A stretch of 64,000 bases of DNA from Lama guanicoe. Lineage: Eukaryota. Positions 25,650 to 38,300 of this stretch are shown here, piece after piece; position 1 is the stretch's first letter, and every line of letters starts with the position of its first letter. The notes below the pieces were generated by a model. That model did not search any database and was not told where the DNA came from. It saw only the letters and a program-made list of their open reading frames with translations. The stretch lies in the NCBI GenBank assembly GCA_013239625.1, contig MU054187.1, forward strand, positions 4,165,757 through 4,229,756, read 5' to 3'. A program made the translations under genes and the position numbers.

Positions 25650-26345
25650 AGGCCTCAGCACCAAGCGGGGGGAGGACTCCGGCATTCGGTGACTGAAGGA
25701 AAAAGAGGCGGTGCTCCAGGGTCTGCGGGCGGGAGGGTGGAATGCGACGTCGCTTGGCGGCGCGGCCCTGACCCTCTCCGGCCGCGGGGACCTGCCTGAG
25801 CTTCCCGGCACGCCTGGGAGAACTGACGGGTTAAAAGCAGGGGTCGCGAGGACAGGCCTTTCCTGGGTGTGTCTCTGATGCTTGAAATAATGCCTGGCAC
25901 GCTGGAGCACTTAACAAATTCCTGAGCCGTCACCAATTTATTATCATTGTTATTTTTAAACACTTATCATTTGTGTTTTATGCTTATAGAAAGAGATACC
26001 TTAGACTAATTAGAGTCTTTTTTAAAAAATGTATTACTCTTCTCCATAAATGGAAATTAAAATATCAGCAAAAATAAATGGCTTTTTTCCCATTCAGTGT
26101 CTCTCTCTTTTGACTTTCGCTTCAGAGTCACTGATGACGGTTTTTCTATATAAAATCATTTTCTGGGCCATCAAAACCATTGGTGACAAAGCAGTTCTTC
26201 AAAGCTTCCCCAAAAGTAGCTCAACGCCCAGGACGTGGGCGCTGAGCCGGCGCGCAGCCGACTCGCTCAGCCGGCCCGCCCGGGCGCGTTAACAGACCTG
26301 CCCCCCCTTCCCCTGGCACGTGGATTCTGAGTGGTTGACGAGCCT
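25650..26345. promoter_or_regulatory. Bipartite CpG-rich patch (25650-25860 and 26221-26345); possible enhancer or weak promoter
   Basis: Two CpG-dense blocks separated by an AT-rich spacer, with GC boxes (GGGCGG) and an E-box CACGTG at 26317-26322. Confidence 0.4.
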
Positions 26346-26391
26346 GCTTCACTGTTGTCTCCGAGATTTTTATTCTCCTTTCTTCACTACT

Positions 26392-26590
26392 TTTCTTTTA
26401 TTTTGGAAATTTTCAAACATACCTGCACGTAGAGTGCCTTTCCACCCGCCCAGCACCCAGCTCCCAGGGTCCCCCCACTGTTTAAAACTTTTTTTGATGG
26501 GATATTTTAAAATAAGTCTTGGACATTTCACTGACAACGCCTCAGATTGACCTCCAACTGACAAGGACACTAGTTCTTCTGAAACCATTT
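26392..26590 (-). mobile_element. Old L1 3' end fragment (L1MC4/5-like)
   Basis: TTTTATTTTGGAAATTTTCAAACATAC...CACCCAGCT...GATATTTTAAAATAAGTCTTGGACATTTCA. Confidence 0.55.
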
Positions 26591-26797
26591 TCCAAGGGTC
26601 AGAGAAGATTAAAATAATAATAATAATAACATGGATTTAATCTAAATAGTAAAATCCCTAAAATGTGTGTTTGTATGAACCATATTGTTTAAACGTCTTT
26701 ACTATTTTGTGTCGTCTGCCTGCAGAGTATATTATTTTTTTAAAGGACAGCTATTAAAAGAACATACTCATTTTACCACTAAAGGAATTTGTACTGT

Positions 26798-27090
26798 CAT
26801 TCATACACAGTATTTATTCAGGTTTTATACCATGAATAGCATACGAGGTATTACACAGGGAACTAAAAAGCAATTGCTTCTGTCCTTGAGAAATAAATCG
26901 TCTGGCTAAGAAGATTGATAACACATACCCACACAGACAACCTGCACATTTTAAGTAAAATAATATCATTAGCATTGGATATTTCAAGCGCATAAGAATT
27001 CAGAGGCAGAAAAAGTCTTTTTGAGATAGAAGGAATTAGAGAGAATTTTAAGGAGGGACTGAGCTTCAGAGTGAGCCTTAATTCAGGAGA
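26798..27090 (-). mobile_element. LINE2 3' fragment
   Basis: CATTCATACACAGTATTTATT start followed by a purine-rich reverse L2 body. Confidence 0.55.
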
Positions 27091-27709
27091 AGAACATGGA
27101 CACTAAGTGTTCAAACACTGAACCAGAAATTAGCACATGGTGAAAGCTAAGGGAAAAACTCAGAAGGACAGTGTGAGTGATGATAAATTATTAAGTAGAT
27201 TTTGCCCATGTCAAAGCCATGAGGTATGATGATGGCCTTTGAGCTGCTCATGAAAAGGTCTTGTAACTCCTCTAAAGCATATTTTTCTTTGGAAAGGGGG
27301 CTCAGGAAAAAAATTTTAAAACGTGAAACTCTAAAAGGGATGCATTTCAAACGGTGGAATTTGGGGGCAGCGTGGTGCCTGCTAGAGGCAGCTTTGGGCA
27401 GAGGTGCTGACTGGCAGGACAGGGGCTTTGCTGTGTGGATTAAACAGAGACCTGGGACAAGGCCGGCGGGTGCCTATCACTTTCCAGGGCAATCTGACCA
27501 CTTCTTCACGCCATTTCCTGTTCTGTCATTCAAAGAAAAGGAAGGACTGCTTTAGGGTGGTCCTGTTTAAGGACTAAACTCTAGTTACTTGCAACTCTTT
27601 GACCTACCCTCTTTTGACAAGCAGCCCTGTAACCAGTGGTTCATCTCAGAAAACTTGGAGCAGGGTCTGATGCCAGCTCAGCTGTTCGCAAGCAGTGACC
27701 ACCTTGTGT

Positions 27710-27890
27710 GCTGAGCACCGTCCGTGTGTCGTCTTCTTCCATCCTTGTCTCAGCTCTTCTCATCGCTTCTGTTATTATCCCTCTTCTAAAGGCGAGGAAA
27801 CTGAAACACACGTGATGACACAGGTCACCGGCCGCACAGCGACCAGCAGGTGGGACACAGACAGTGCGATTTCAGCCCACGCTCTTGTCC
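27710..27890 (-). mobile_element. MIR SINE
   Basis: TGTTATTATCCCTCTTCTAAAGGCGAGGAAACTGAAACAC...AGGTCAC. Confidence 0.7.
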
Positions 27891-30693
27891 TCAGTCTGTG
27901 GCCTCTCCTCACACTGTTGAACATTTCCACTCCTCACCTCTTGTCTTCATAAATAAGATGGGAACGCTACCCTTTGCGTGTCAGGACCAGCAAGCCATGC
28001 ACTAATGGTCACATAGTGGAAGTGGTTTTAGGCAAAGACCTATGCTGGTTTTGGTTGGCAAGAGGCAGAACTAATCTACATGATATGTTTTCTTCAGACA
28101 CATGTTTGAAACCCTTTTCTAGGGCGTGGAAAGGAGAAAGTCTGACTGGTAGCAATTCAGATCCTGTGTTCCTATATTAGACTCTCTGCCTGCCTGGCCC
28201 TCACAGCGGCAGTGGGATTTGAGCAAAGGTGAAAATTCCCCTTCACAGAGGCCAAGGCTGAGACTTAGGAGGATGGAAGACTTATTCAAGGTTGTGAAAC
28301 AGAGCAGGACCCTGCGTGGCCCTCCTGGGTACGAATCCTTTCTGGATACACAGTCGTGTTGTTCTCTGTGTGGGGTTTCTCAAGCTAAGAATGAAGCATG
28401 GCCAGACCTCCTGTTTCTGGGCCAGGGTCCTGCTGGACTCTACAGTGTCTGTGACACTTTGTTACGGCAGCCTTAGCAGGTGGATGCAAGAGCAGGAAAC
28501 CCTCAGGTAGCACAGCGTGCCCACGCCTCACACCTCACACCTAACCGCACACTGTCACTCAGGTTTCCAGTTCTTTCAGGTAGAAGCAGCATTTCAACTT
28601 TGATACCTTGGGTGGCGACCCTGCTTCCCTGCTGGGCTCTATGGCAGTGCCTCTCCTGCCCCTGGGGAGGGCAAGCCTTTCCCGGGTCACCTCTGCAGAG
28701 CAGAACCTGCTTTCTGCTGTGGTCTTCTGCTCCGATGGGACTCGGGGTGCAGAGGAAGACACCGCTGCTGGCCTCAGCCCTTGTGTACTTGGGCCGTTTA
28801 CTCTTCTGGAAGCTGAGTCTGAACGGATAATAATTCCATGCACAGTTAATGAGAAATGTCGGGTTAGGGTAATTACTATCCTGCTTTGCTAGCTTAAATG
28901 AGTGTGTTCCTACACAATAGCATACAACATAACCTAAATTCTTATTCAGATGTTGATATGTGTGTTCTTTATTTTAAAAGAGACAGGTTGGAAATGCTTA
29001 GAAATACATACACACACACACACATATATGTAATGTAAAGTTGAAAATTGTGCACTAAAGCTCAGAAATCTTATAACAGATGGTTCTGTGGCCAGAATTG
29101 CTTAGTTAATTGGTTTGACTTTTTCTGTTGACTCAAGTAAAGCAAGGATTTGGAAATCATCTGGTTAATTTGGTTGCTGATCTTGACTAATATGTGAGCC
29201 AGAACCTGTTCATCTTTGAATCTTGCTTTTTTGTTACATGTTTTTGAGCTCTTTTCTATGTAGAGTACTGTGCTAGCATACAGCACAGTTATACATATGT
29301 ATTTTCTGTCAGTAGACTTTCCAGTAGGTTCTACCAATGTGTATTATTGCCTAAGGATATCTACTGAAATGCCTCCAGCTACAACATCGTTAAATTCCCA
29401 GGATCTTCTGGGCGTTCCTCCCCTCCACCTGCTGGCCCTGGCCGCCGGGTGAATAAATACAACACCCAAGGTCACTGAGCCTAAAGCTCTAGAGAGGACT
29501 TGCCTACTGAGTGCTGCCGATGCAGGAAGAAAGCAGGGACCAGAACAGAAATTCAGCATGTGAAGTGGATCACGGACCTTGTGTTCCAGCCTCAGGAGCT
29601 GGCCGCAGTCCACGGCTGGGGCTCCAGGGTCTGCACAGAGAAGACGGAAGCCCTTGAAAGGGCTAAAGCGGACGCTTGCAATGGTAAATGGGATTTTGAG
29701 GCAGTAAAAAAGCTGGATGTTCCTTCATTCCTGTTTCACAGACATTAACTGGCAGCACGTGAATGGTAATATGAGCCATAAATGGATAAATACGTAAATG
29801 TTTCCTTCTCCTTTGCATATTCATCACCGACGTGCACCAGAAAGAGCTGTCTGTCATCATCGGCCGTGTTGGAACAATATGGCGGGAAAGCCAATAATTC
29901 AGCGAGGTAACGCTGCTCTGAGTGTTGGGTGGGTTTCTTGATGCATAATGTTTTTATTATAATTCAATATAGTCCACGTCCACTCTAAACCCCTGACAAA
30001 TGTTAGAGAGACTAGCAAAACCAAAGCACAGGATTAAAGGTTGGACCTGCCAAATAACTCAGGCCTTCAAATGTCTTCTGCTTTCCCTGCCAAGGTATTT
30101 GTGTCAAAAGTCATTTGACTGCTTTTCTGTGGTGGTGGGAGTGGGGAGGAGGGGAGAGTGGTGGTGGTGGTTGCTTGATGACGGGGTGGGGGCAGTGGGG
30201 GAGGGTGGTTTGGTGTCAGCCCACTGGAGAATTGGTTCAGTTCTCTGACTCACTTTGTTTATATTGTATTAAACACATGTGACTTTTCTTGTTAATTTTT
30301 ACAACCTTTTTCATTGGCGATAGATGTAGTCATGCTGGCAAAATGGCTCCCCCGTCCATTTTGTCAGTCTTTAATTTTAATTAAACCAACTAGTCCCAGT
30401 TGCCTTCATATGCGGACACAATTTGTGGATTCCTGTAAATATTTGCCACCCTCGTCACCTTGCGGTAGGTGGACGACGACGACACGGCTGGACTGGAGCC
30501 GGCTGTGGCAACACCGACACTGAGGGACGGAACTGGTCCTTCGTGCTTCCTCCTCCTCCTGTTACTTCTTTGCTCTCTTACCTCCCTTCCAAGGTTATCA
30601 GTCCCTTTTGGAACCATTTTTGAGCACAACAGATTGGGACAACTGACTGAAGAGGCTATGTTTTGGAGAACTGCGCCATCTGGCACTTGAACA

Positions 30694-31207
30694 TGAAGGA
30701 GATCAGAATGTGCCAGCCCCAGATACGCCCCCACCGGCACAAGGAGGTTTTGAGCTGATGGTGACAGACGCAGCAGACTGCAGAGAAGACTTCCCTCTCT
30801 CCCCAGCCAGCGCGGAATGGCTCTTCACCTCCGGGGAGGACTGGAGACCCCTGTGGGCCGGAGAAGGCTCTGAGAGCAATCAACATAACAGTGTTACTGA
30901 CGTAACACTTAGCTCCCATTAGTCTCCCCATGTATTTACCTTCCCAGTTTACTGCCTTTTAAAGCTCAAAACCTTGTTCCTTTGCACGGTCACTTCTACA
31001 CAATTTACTGTCCGCTGTTCAAATGGTATCTGTCCCCGGGCCTGGCTGCCCCTTTGGGGTTTTCATTTCATTTTTATGGGCCTTCCCCCCAATATGCATA
31101 TGAAATAAACCTTTTCTCCTGTTAACCTGCCTTTTGTCAGTTCCATTTAGGTCCCCAGGCGCTGAGCCAGTTCAGAGCAGAGAACGAGTGTTTTTCCCTC
31201 CTTGTCA
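30694..31207 (+). mobile_element. ERV1-class solo LTR (MER34/MER39-like)
   Basis: Starts TGAAGGAGATCAGAATGTGCCAGCCCCAGATA and ends TTTTTCCCTCCTTGTCA (TG...CA). AATAAA at 31104-31109 is followed by CTTTTCTCCTGTTAA. TSD not recognisable. Confidence 0.82.
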
Positions 31208-31314
31208 AGTGACTCAAGAAACCCTTAGGAGGAAGAAGTAGAGGCCTGCCCAGTGGCGTGAGATGCTTGGAGATTCATTACATCAGGTAGCTCCCATCCT
31301 ATCTGCCAGGTCGG

Positions 31315-31530
31315 GCAGAGGGTGAAGAACTCGAAGGCAGAACATTTAGATCGCCATTCCAGCACCGCCACTCACAGGCGGGGGCTAGTGACTCAGTCTC
31401 TCCAAACTTACTTAGTTATCTATAAAATGACATTCATAATTATTTCAACTGGCCTTACCTCACAGAGTTGTATAAGGGAAAAAAAAAGGAAAACACTGAA
31501 TGAAACTGTAAAGCATCATATAGATGTAAC
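31315..31530 (+). mobile_element. MIR SINE (degenerate)
   Basis: TTCCAGCACCGCCACTCAC...ATCTATAAAATGA...TACCTCACAGAGTTGTATAAGG...TGTAAAGCA. Confidence 0.6.
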
Positions 31531-32883
31531 AGGAAAGTTTAGCTCTACCTCCAGATAAAACAGTTTTAAAAAATCCTTGTAAGGCTGCCATGAGAAATGA
31601 GTTACATCATCTCTGGGCCAAGACCGCAGTTACCTGCCCTTTCCCAAATCGGGAAGAAGCTGAAAATTTTACTAAGAGACTGTAATCTGGTCAGAAGGTC
31701 AGGCCGGGATCGACGTTTTGGTGAAGATATAACTTTAAAAAATGTGTTTTATGGGTATGAAACCTGTCAATTCCACCTTCCGTGATCACGGGTTGGTCCA
31801 CCAGGCAGCCGAACAGGTCAGAGTGAAGAGCCGTTTTCAAAGGTCACACTGAAGAATTTTCCCTTCTCATGCATTTTCGGGTAGAGCAGTGATAGGGCAA
31901 TACTTCATTTTGGGTAGAACTCTGTGCCCTGTAGTGGGAAGAGCAGGGTTGTGCACATCACCTGCGGGTTGTAAGGAGACTAATGTCTTCTTCCAAGGGA
32001 AGTCAGGGTGGCTGATTCAGGCCCTGTGTGGGTGGTGTTCTGTCTTTGTCTGAGTGACAGCATTAAATAAGCTGAGGGTAACAGTGAGTGGAAAGAGGTG
32101 GACTGAGGAGCTAAAAACATCAAATGAAAATGACCTAAAATTTAATATCATCTGAATTTCAATAGGAAGTGTTAAAGTACCCTTACTAGCAAGCCAGATT
32201 CTTCTAGTTCCTTCCATCCCTTGCATGAAATGACATGCTTGGACAGATACATGGGCCAATGCACATAAAAAATCTTATGGTACCTACACGATCACCGTAA
32301 CAGTGACCTGTAAGGGGCAAGTCCTGTGTCCTTTTGCATGAGTAAACTTCTACTTTGAAGGTTGATTCAATAAAATGAGCAAGGAAATAAATGCATAATT
32401 TAATCACCTTAATGTTTGAGATATTTGTGATATTTGCTATATTACTAGTTAAATATAGTAAAAAAAAGGTAATGATTAACTTTTTTGCAAAAATTAAATG
32501 AATACTGTTTTCTTGTCATGCAAAGCCTATTTAATCTTATTTCAAAGTTAAAACTTTATATTTTCAATACTTTCTTTTTCATACATGATACACTCTAATG
32601 AACTAGACTTACCAGAAAGTCTAAGGGTTTTCAATAATTTCCAGTACTGAAAATTTGCAACATAAATGCATGTAAAAACCTGATAGGTTTTCTCCAGGTT
32701 GTGGATTTTCATCATCTCTCCTGTTAAAACACACTTTCCGAATTTGTCTTTTTATGTATCATCATTGTGCCTGTAAATTACTCTTCTCAAAGCCCAAACC
32801 ACTTCATAATCATAAATAAAGGGGAGGGAGAAGGGAGGTTCACTAGCATTTTCTACCCATTAAAGTTATTGAGTACAAAGAAA

Positions 32884-33465
32884 TTCATTCAATAGTTTCC
32901 TTAAAATCAAGGTACTGTGCTGTCTTAGGGTCTCAGGGAACCCACTGTCCGCAAACAAAGAGGCAAACAATGGTGGTATGGGCTGGGAGGGGGCACAGAA
33001 ACATACAGCAGGGGGCACGATAAGGTGGGTGTTTCAGCCCAGGAGAAATCCACGCCCAGGCCCAGGGCAGGAGAGGGGGCCTGATGTGCAGAAGAAATGG
33101 AAAATGGCTCAGGGCGACCAGCTGGACCTGGAGTTCAAGGGGCTGGCAGCAGAACTTATGCTAGAGAAGTGAACAACAAAGTCTTGAAAGTTCTTTATAA
33201 ACTAAGTCTAGGAATTGGAATCAGTCCCTGAAAACACTGGAGAGAGCTGTGGTTTTGACATCAGACACAGCTGAGCACCCATCTCTGGGCCCTGTTTTTC
33301 ACTAAATCCCTTGGGGCAGCTCTCTCCCCTGCCCTGAGATGCAGTTTCCTCAGGGGCAGGGAAGAGTTCAGAATTCCCGTGAAGGTTAAGCAAGATGAGG
33401 GGAGGATTTTAAGCAGGCAGTTGACGTGGGTTTTACAATTTAAGAAAATCACTCTGGCAGTGCAG
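32884..33465 (-). mobile_element. LINE2 fragments
   Basis: TTCATTCAA start; GAGGATTTTAAGCAGG...TTTAAGAAAATCACTCTGGCAG near 33400-33460. Confidence 0.55.
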
Positions 33466-35364
33466 ATTCAAAACCTGCTTCCATCTGATCCTGCTCTGAA
33501 GACTGGATGAAGTTCTCAAACCAGAGACATCTTCACTGAGATAATATCACCATGCTCTAAAGCACTGTCAGGAGATTATGGTTATGAATCAAGCAACCGA
33601 GCTTATCCTGGCCCCTCTGGTGTTTTGAATTATCTTCAAAATAAGACACGACACCTGCACATGGGAACTCTGCTGGGTCTAATAGAGATGGAAGGGAAAT
33701 AAGTGAATGATGACGACATTAGGGCACAGTAACAGAACCTCGATTCGAGGGGTCCAAGGGACTGATTCTGCAGTGGGAGAGGGAAGACGATGTCCTGTCT
33801 GAGGGTTTACCGAGCGCACTAGGTGGAAACCCCTTGCATGTGGCACCATCAGACAGCAGAGGTTTTGCAGCATCAGGCAGGTGTGCAGAGAGAGCAGAGG
33901 CTGAGAGCTCTGTGAAAGCATTAAAATTACATAGCACATCTAGAAGCACTTAAAAAATGGATGTGTGCGATTAAAAAGTGTTAACACATGAAAGAGATTT
34001 ACTGACACTTCCACGTTTCCCTGCCCTCCCCTTCCTGCCCCATCCAAAATAAAGCGTTTGGCTGTAAATAGAGACACTGTCGTGCGCTCTTTATTGTTAT
34101 TTATGTTCTCATAGTTTCGTCCTCTTGTGTTTAAATACACACTCTGTTCAGTTCGTTTTTACAACAAATATAGAAGGTGGTGGTAAATCTGAGAAAATAT
34201 CCTGTAAACCTAAATTATAATACAGAGGTGCAAAGACTGCAGGTGATCTACAGCTAAAGATAGTCGATGGTTTGGAGGATGTGGCTGTTAGGAAAATGGC
34301 AGATTTATTTAAAGCCTTCAGAAGCCGGTTTTCTTCTCTGTTCTTCGTCCATTTTGTTTGGAAATAGCTTGGCAAAGCCATCATTTTCACGTCTCACAAA
34401 TACAACCTTTTGCTCTGACGCTGCCTGCTCAGTCCCTCTCTGCTTCACATTTTCCAGGCTTTTCCTGCCAAGCCACCTTTCCTTGCTTTCTTCATAGAAA
34501 ATTCCAGCCAGCCATCTCCTGAGTGGACTCACAGCAAGTCCCTGTAGGCACCAGAACGGTTTTTTTGAGCAAACTTTCTCTTTGAACCGGGGAGGAGTAA
34601 CTCCGAGTCTCTGCAGTTCTGGAGCGGAGCGCTGGGCAGAACGTTACTCGGATAATAAATCAAACTGACAGCTGGGTACCAACTGCTACTGGCCCGGGTT
34701 GGAGAGGAAACATGTAATATTCTGCAAAAGCCCTGAAAGTTCCCACCACCTATTTTTTTCCCCACCAATATGTATCTTTAAATTTCTACTGAAGACTAAA
34801 GATTTAGAAAAAAAATTATTTTGTAACGAATTTGAGCTAAATATTTCACAGGATCTAGATTTCTCCTGAGTGATAGATGGTATGTTTAGGGAGGGGAAGT
34901 AATGATAACCTCAGCATTAAATTAGGAGCTTGGAAAAGAATGAGCGTGCCCTGCGAGGCCTCTAATTTACCACAGAGAGGATGAACTTGGGGCTGAGGAG
35001 GACGATAACTCTCCATGAGCAAATGATTTATGACACGGCTACTTGATAAATGATAAATTCCAGACTAGGGACAGAACCCGGGGCACTGAACTGTTCAGTG
35101 TCTGTTCCTGTCAGTGAGCTTTTGGTTTAAGCTGCCTGAGCATCCGGGCGACTAGCTCAGTGCAGGGAGCACTCTCGCTGTCGGGGGCTCTGGGGGAGCA
35201 GGGGTCCCTAGTGCAGAGATGCTGGTAGCCCTGCATCCAGGGGCAGCCAGCAGGGCGCTGGGGTGGACCCCTGGGCTTGCACAGAGCAGAGGGGGTCCTG
35301 GATCCGTGCAGATCTTCCAGGAGCCTCAGGCCAGAGATGGCCAGTCCTCGGAGAACCTGCACAT

Positions 35365-35368
<4 letters not shown>

Positions 35369-35395
<27 letters not shown>
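35369..35395. repeat. (AC)13 microsatellite
   Basis: Read directly from the sequence. Confidence 0.97.
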
Positions 35396-38300
35396 TATCC
35401 CATGATGGACAAGGGATTTCTGAGTTATTAAAGCCTCTCCTGAGGATGAAGCTGGTCATGAAATCAAAAAATTTAGTTCCTGGGGCAATTCTTAGGAAAA
35501 CAACAATGTTTACTGAACAGGAAGACGTGACGTCCAAGGAGCAAATGACGTATATCCCTCTCTCATTCGCTTTTGGTCTGTTAGTGATGCAAACTGCTTG
35601 GTGGCCCTTCTCCAGCTCAGGAGGGATGTGGGCGCAGGTCTCCATCACTTGCCCGCCCGCTGGCTTAGAGTGGGTCGGAGCACAGACACTGGAGCCAGCT
35701 GGGCCCAGGGGCATCCCAGCCCTTCCCCTTCCTGCTACGTCCCTGGGCCACTTCATTAGTCTTTCTGAAGCACATTTAAAAAACTCAGTCCAGGTGTTGT
35801 GTGAAGGGCAGACGTAAGAGGACCAGGAGGAGACACAGGCCGGCTCAATGACCTTGCCGTGACTAAATAAGAGGTGGTGGCAGCGGACGTGGAGAGAAGT
35901 AGACAGATTTGAGATGGAGCATCGAAGTGAAACAACAAAGCAGGCGCAAAGTAAGACCAATAAATGTTTCATGACTGAATGATTAAAGAAGGCATCTAAC
36001 TTGCAGAGTTTTATGCAAACACAGTGTCCTTGGACACAGAAAATGTTAGTTCACACAGCTAATTTTCATACCCATTTATTGCATTATATATGTACCTTAA
36101 ATGGTCATAGGTAACTTATTTTTGCACTATCTCCTCTCTCCCTGCAGCAAGTGTGAGACAAACACGTTCCAAAGAATCCTGGAAAAAGCCAAGCCAGGTT
36201 GAGTTTCAGAGAAAATTCATGGCAAAGCAACATTGCACACTGGGATCTAGAAAAACTCCTGCAGAAATCCACTTGAAACCCTGTACTTCCTGGTCCTCGT
36301 TCCCGTGCTGCAGGGGATTTCCGCACGGGGAACGGCAGATGATTGGGCAGAAAAAATGTCTGGCATTGTCCATGGTGGGAGCAGAAAGGCCAATTGACAT
36401 TTGTTAGCAGACCAAGGCCTGGCTTTAGAACTAACTCCTCAGAGAGAACCATCTCAACCAGCACCCCTCATCTCCGAGGACGAGGGGAGCCCTGCGTGCT
36501 GGAGCGGGGCATCCTTTTCACACTCAGCACTGCTCCCGTCCGGCCACTCTGGAGTCATTGCCTGTCCAGTTACCTGTTTGTCCCCTTGCCTTTGGAGATC
36601 TCAAAGTAAGCAATCCCCTCTTTGTTATATTCAAGTATTTTTTTCCTGAACGTCTCTAGATGGTAATAATAGACACAATTTTCACTGAATCATGTTTTTT
36701 GGCCCCCCACCCACTTCTGCATTTTTCCCATTTTGTTTCCCCGTGACCCCCCACTATTCTTGTTCCCACATGTCCAGGCCATGACCGTGTTCCAGGAGCA
36801 TGGGGATGTAGACTGGTGACCCCTCAGGATTCTATCATGATGATTCCTTTACAAATGATGTGTCTTGATTCAGTCAATGTCGATGGACTGAACATCTCTG
36901 CTATGACTCACTGTGGAAAATTCACGCTTTTCTAGGTCACAGTTTCTACTTTTAAAGGGGCAGGAAGGGGCTAGTATTGCAAGAAGACCACAATAAAAAG
37001 ATGAGTCAGAGGGCAGGTACATACGGGGCCCACAGTGAGGTGAGCTCCTGGGGAGACTGGCTCTTCCTACTGGAATCTGAGCTGGGTCGCAGAGATGAGA
37101 GCTGTGGAGAGGAAATGAATGTGAGATTTAACGGGCATGGAAGAGGGTGAACCAACCCTGCACGGTTTACTGGGCCTGCCGAGGCTAGTAAAAGGCATAT
37201 TTCTTTCGTTAGCTGCGCACTTTATGATCAGGTTTTATGCTCCGGCCCCGGAGAGGAGCTTGAGGGTGGAAAGTGGCACAGGCAGGGTGGTCACTCAGAT
37301 CCGGAGCCCTTGCCTCCGTTACCAGTCCTGCTGCTTGAATAAACACTTCATCAGGGATTTCACAAGTTCACTTTCTCCTTGAGGCTCTCTAGATGAACAA
37401 AACCAGGCTGCCAAGAGGATGTTAAAACTCTTAAGCCAGGATGCCAAAATAAACTTTTATGAGCCCTCTTGCTCAATGAACACAGCCTGGCAGTTTTAAT
37501 GGTAGCATACGTCAATTTTGTGAGCAGGTCTGCAGGGGGCACTCCCGGAAGCTATACGAGTAAGAGGGTTGTGCTGTTAGACATCTGTGTGTTCTATTTG
37601 TTATTCAAGACGGACAAGAAGATGGAGCTGCAATGGAAGGACAGGTACCTGTAAAATCGCAAGGAAATCATCAGGGATCCTTCACTCTTGAAGAGATACA
37701 CATCAGCTCGGGAAATCTTGATTTTCCTTTGTTTTAAGCGCTTGGGTTATATATTTCCACTTTTCTTGCAAAATGAAGAGCTGCCTTTCATTATCATGTT
37801 TGTTTTGACCTGCAGCACACTTCTACTTACCTTTATAGTCCTAGAGAAAAGGGCCAGACTTTAATTTCGTGATTTCCTTGGACATTATCTTCTATCTATT
37901 TATCTTCACATAACTATACTTATAAACCACTAACTTGGTCCTGCAGCCCATCTGTCAGGAATAGTGCCTGACGCTTAAATTCTAAGTAAATGGTGACTGA
38001 GTGGATGAGTAAATGCAGTAACTGGGCTGTGCCTGACTCTTTGTGTGATCTGCCCTAAGATTGAGCATTCTAGGGAAAATGACTATTTTTCACAGAGGAT
38101 CCTTTTTGGAGTGCAAGTATCATTGTACTGCGTGAGGCTAAATGTACAATTTTGAGACCATCATGCTGAAAAAATGAACACATCAGGATGAACACTCCTA
38201 TTTCATAAAGGCAAAAGAGAGGCCATTAGTCATTTATTGTGATTATTTTAAATGTTTGAGTAAGCTATGAGTTTTGTACAGGTTTGCAAAACTGACCTTA

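Noticed and set aside
35208..35972. Longest ORF (254 aa, minus) and overlapping 184-aa plus ORF
   Set aside because: Both read through the (AC)n microsatellite (CVCVCV/THTHTH) and have no recognisable domain; likely chance ORFs.
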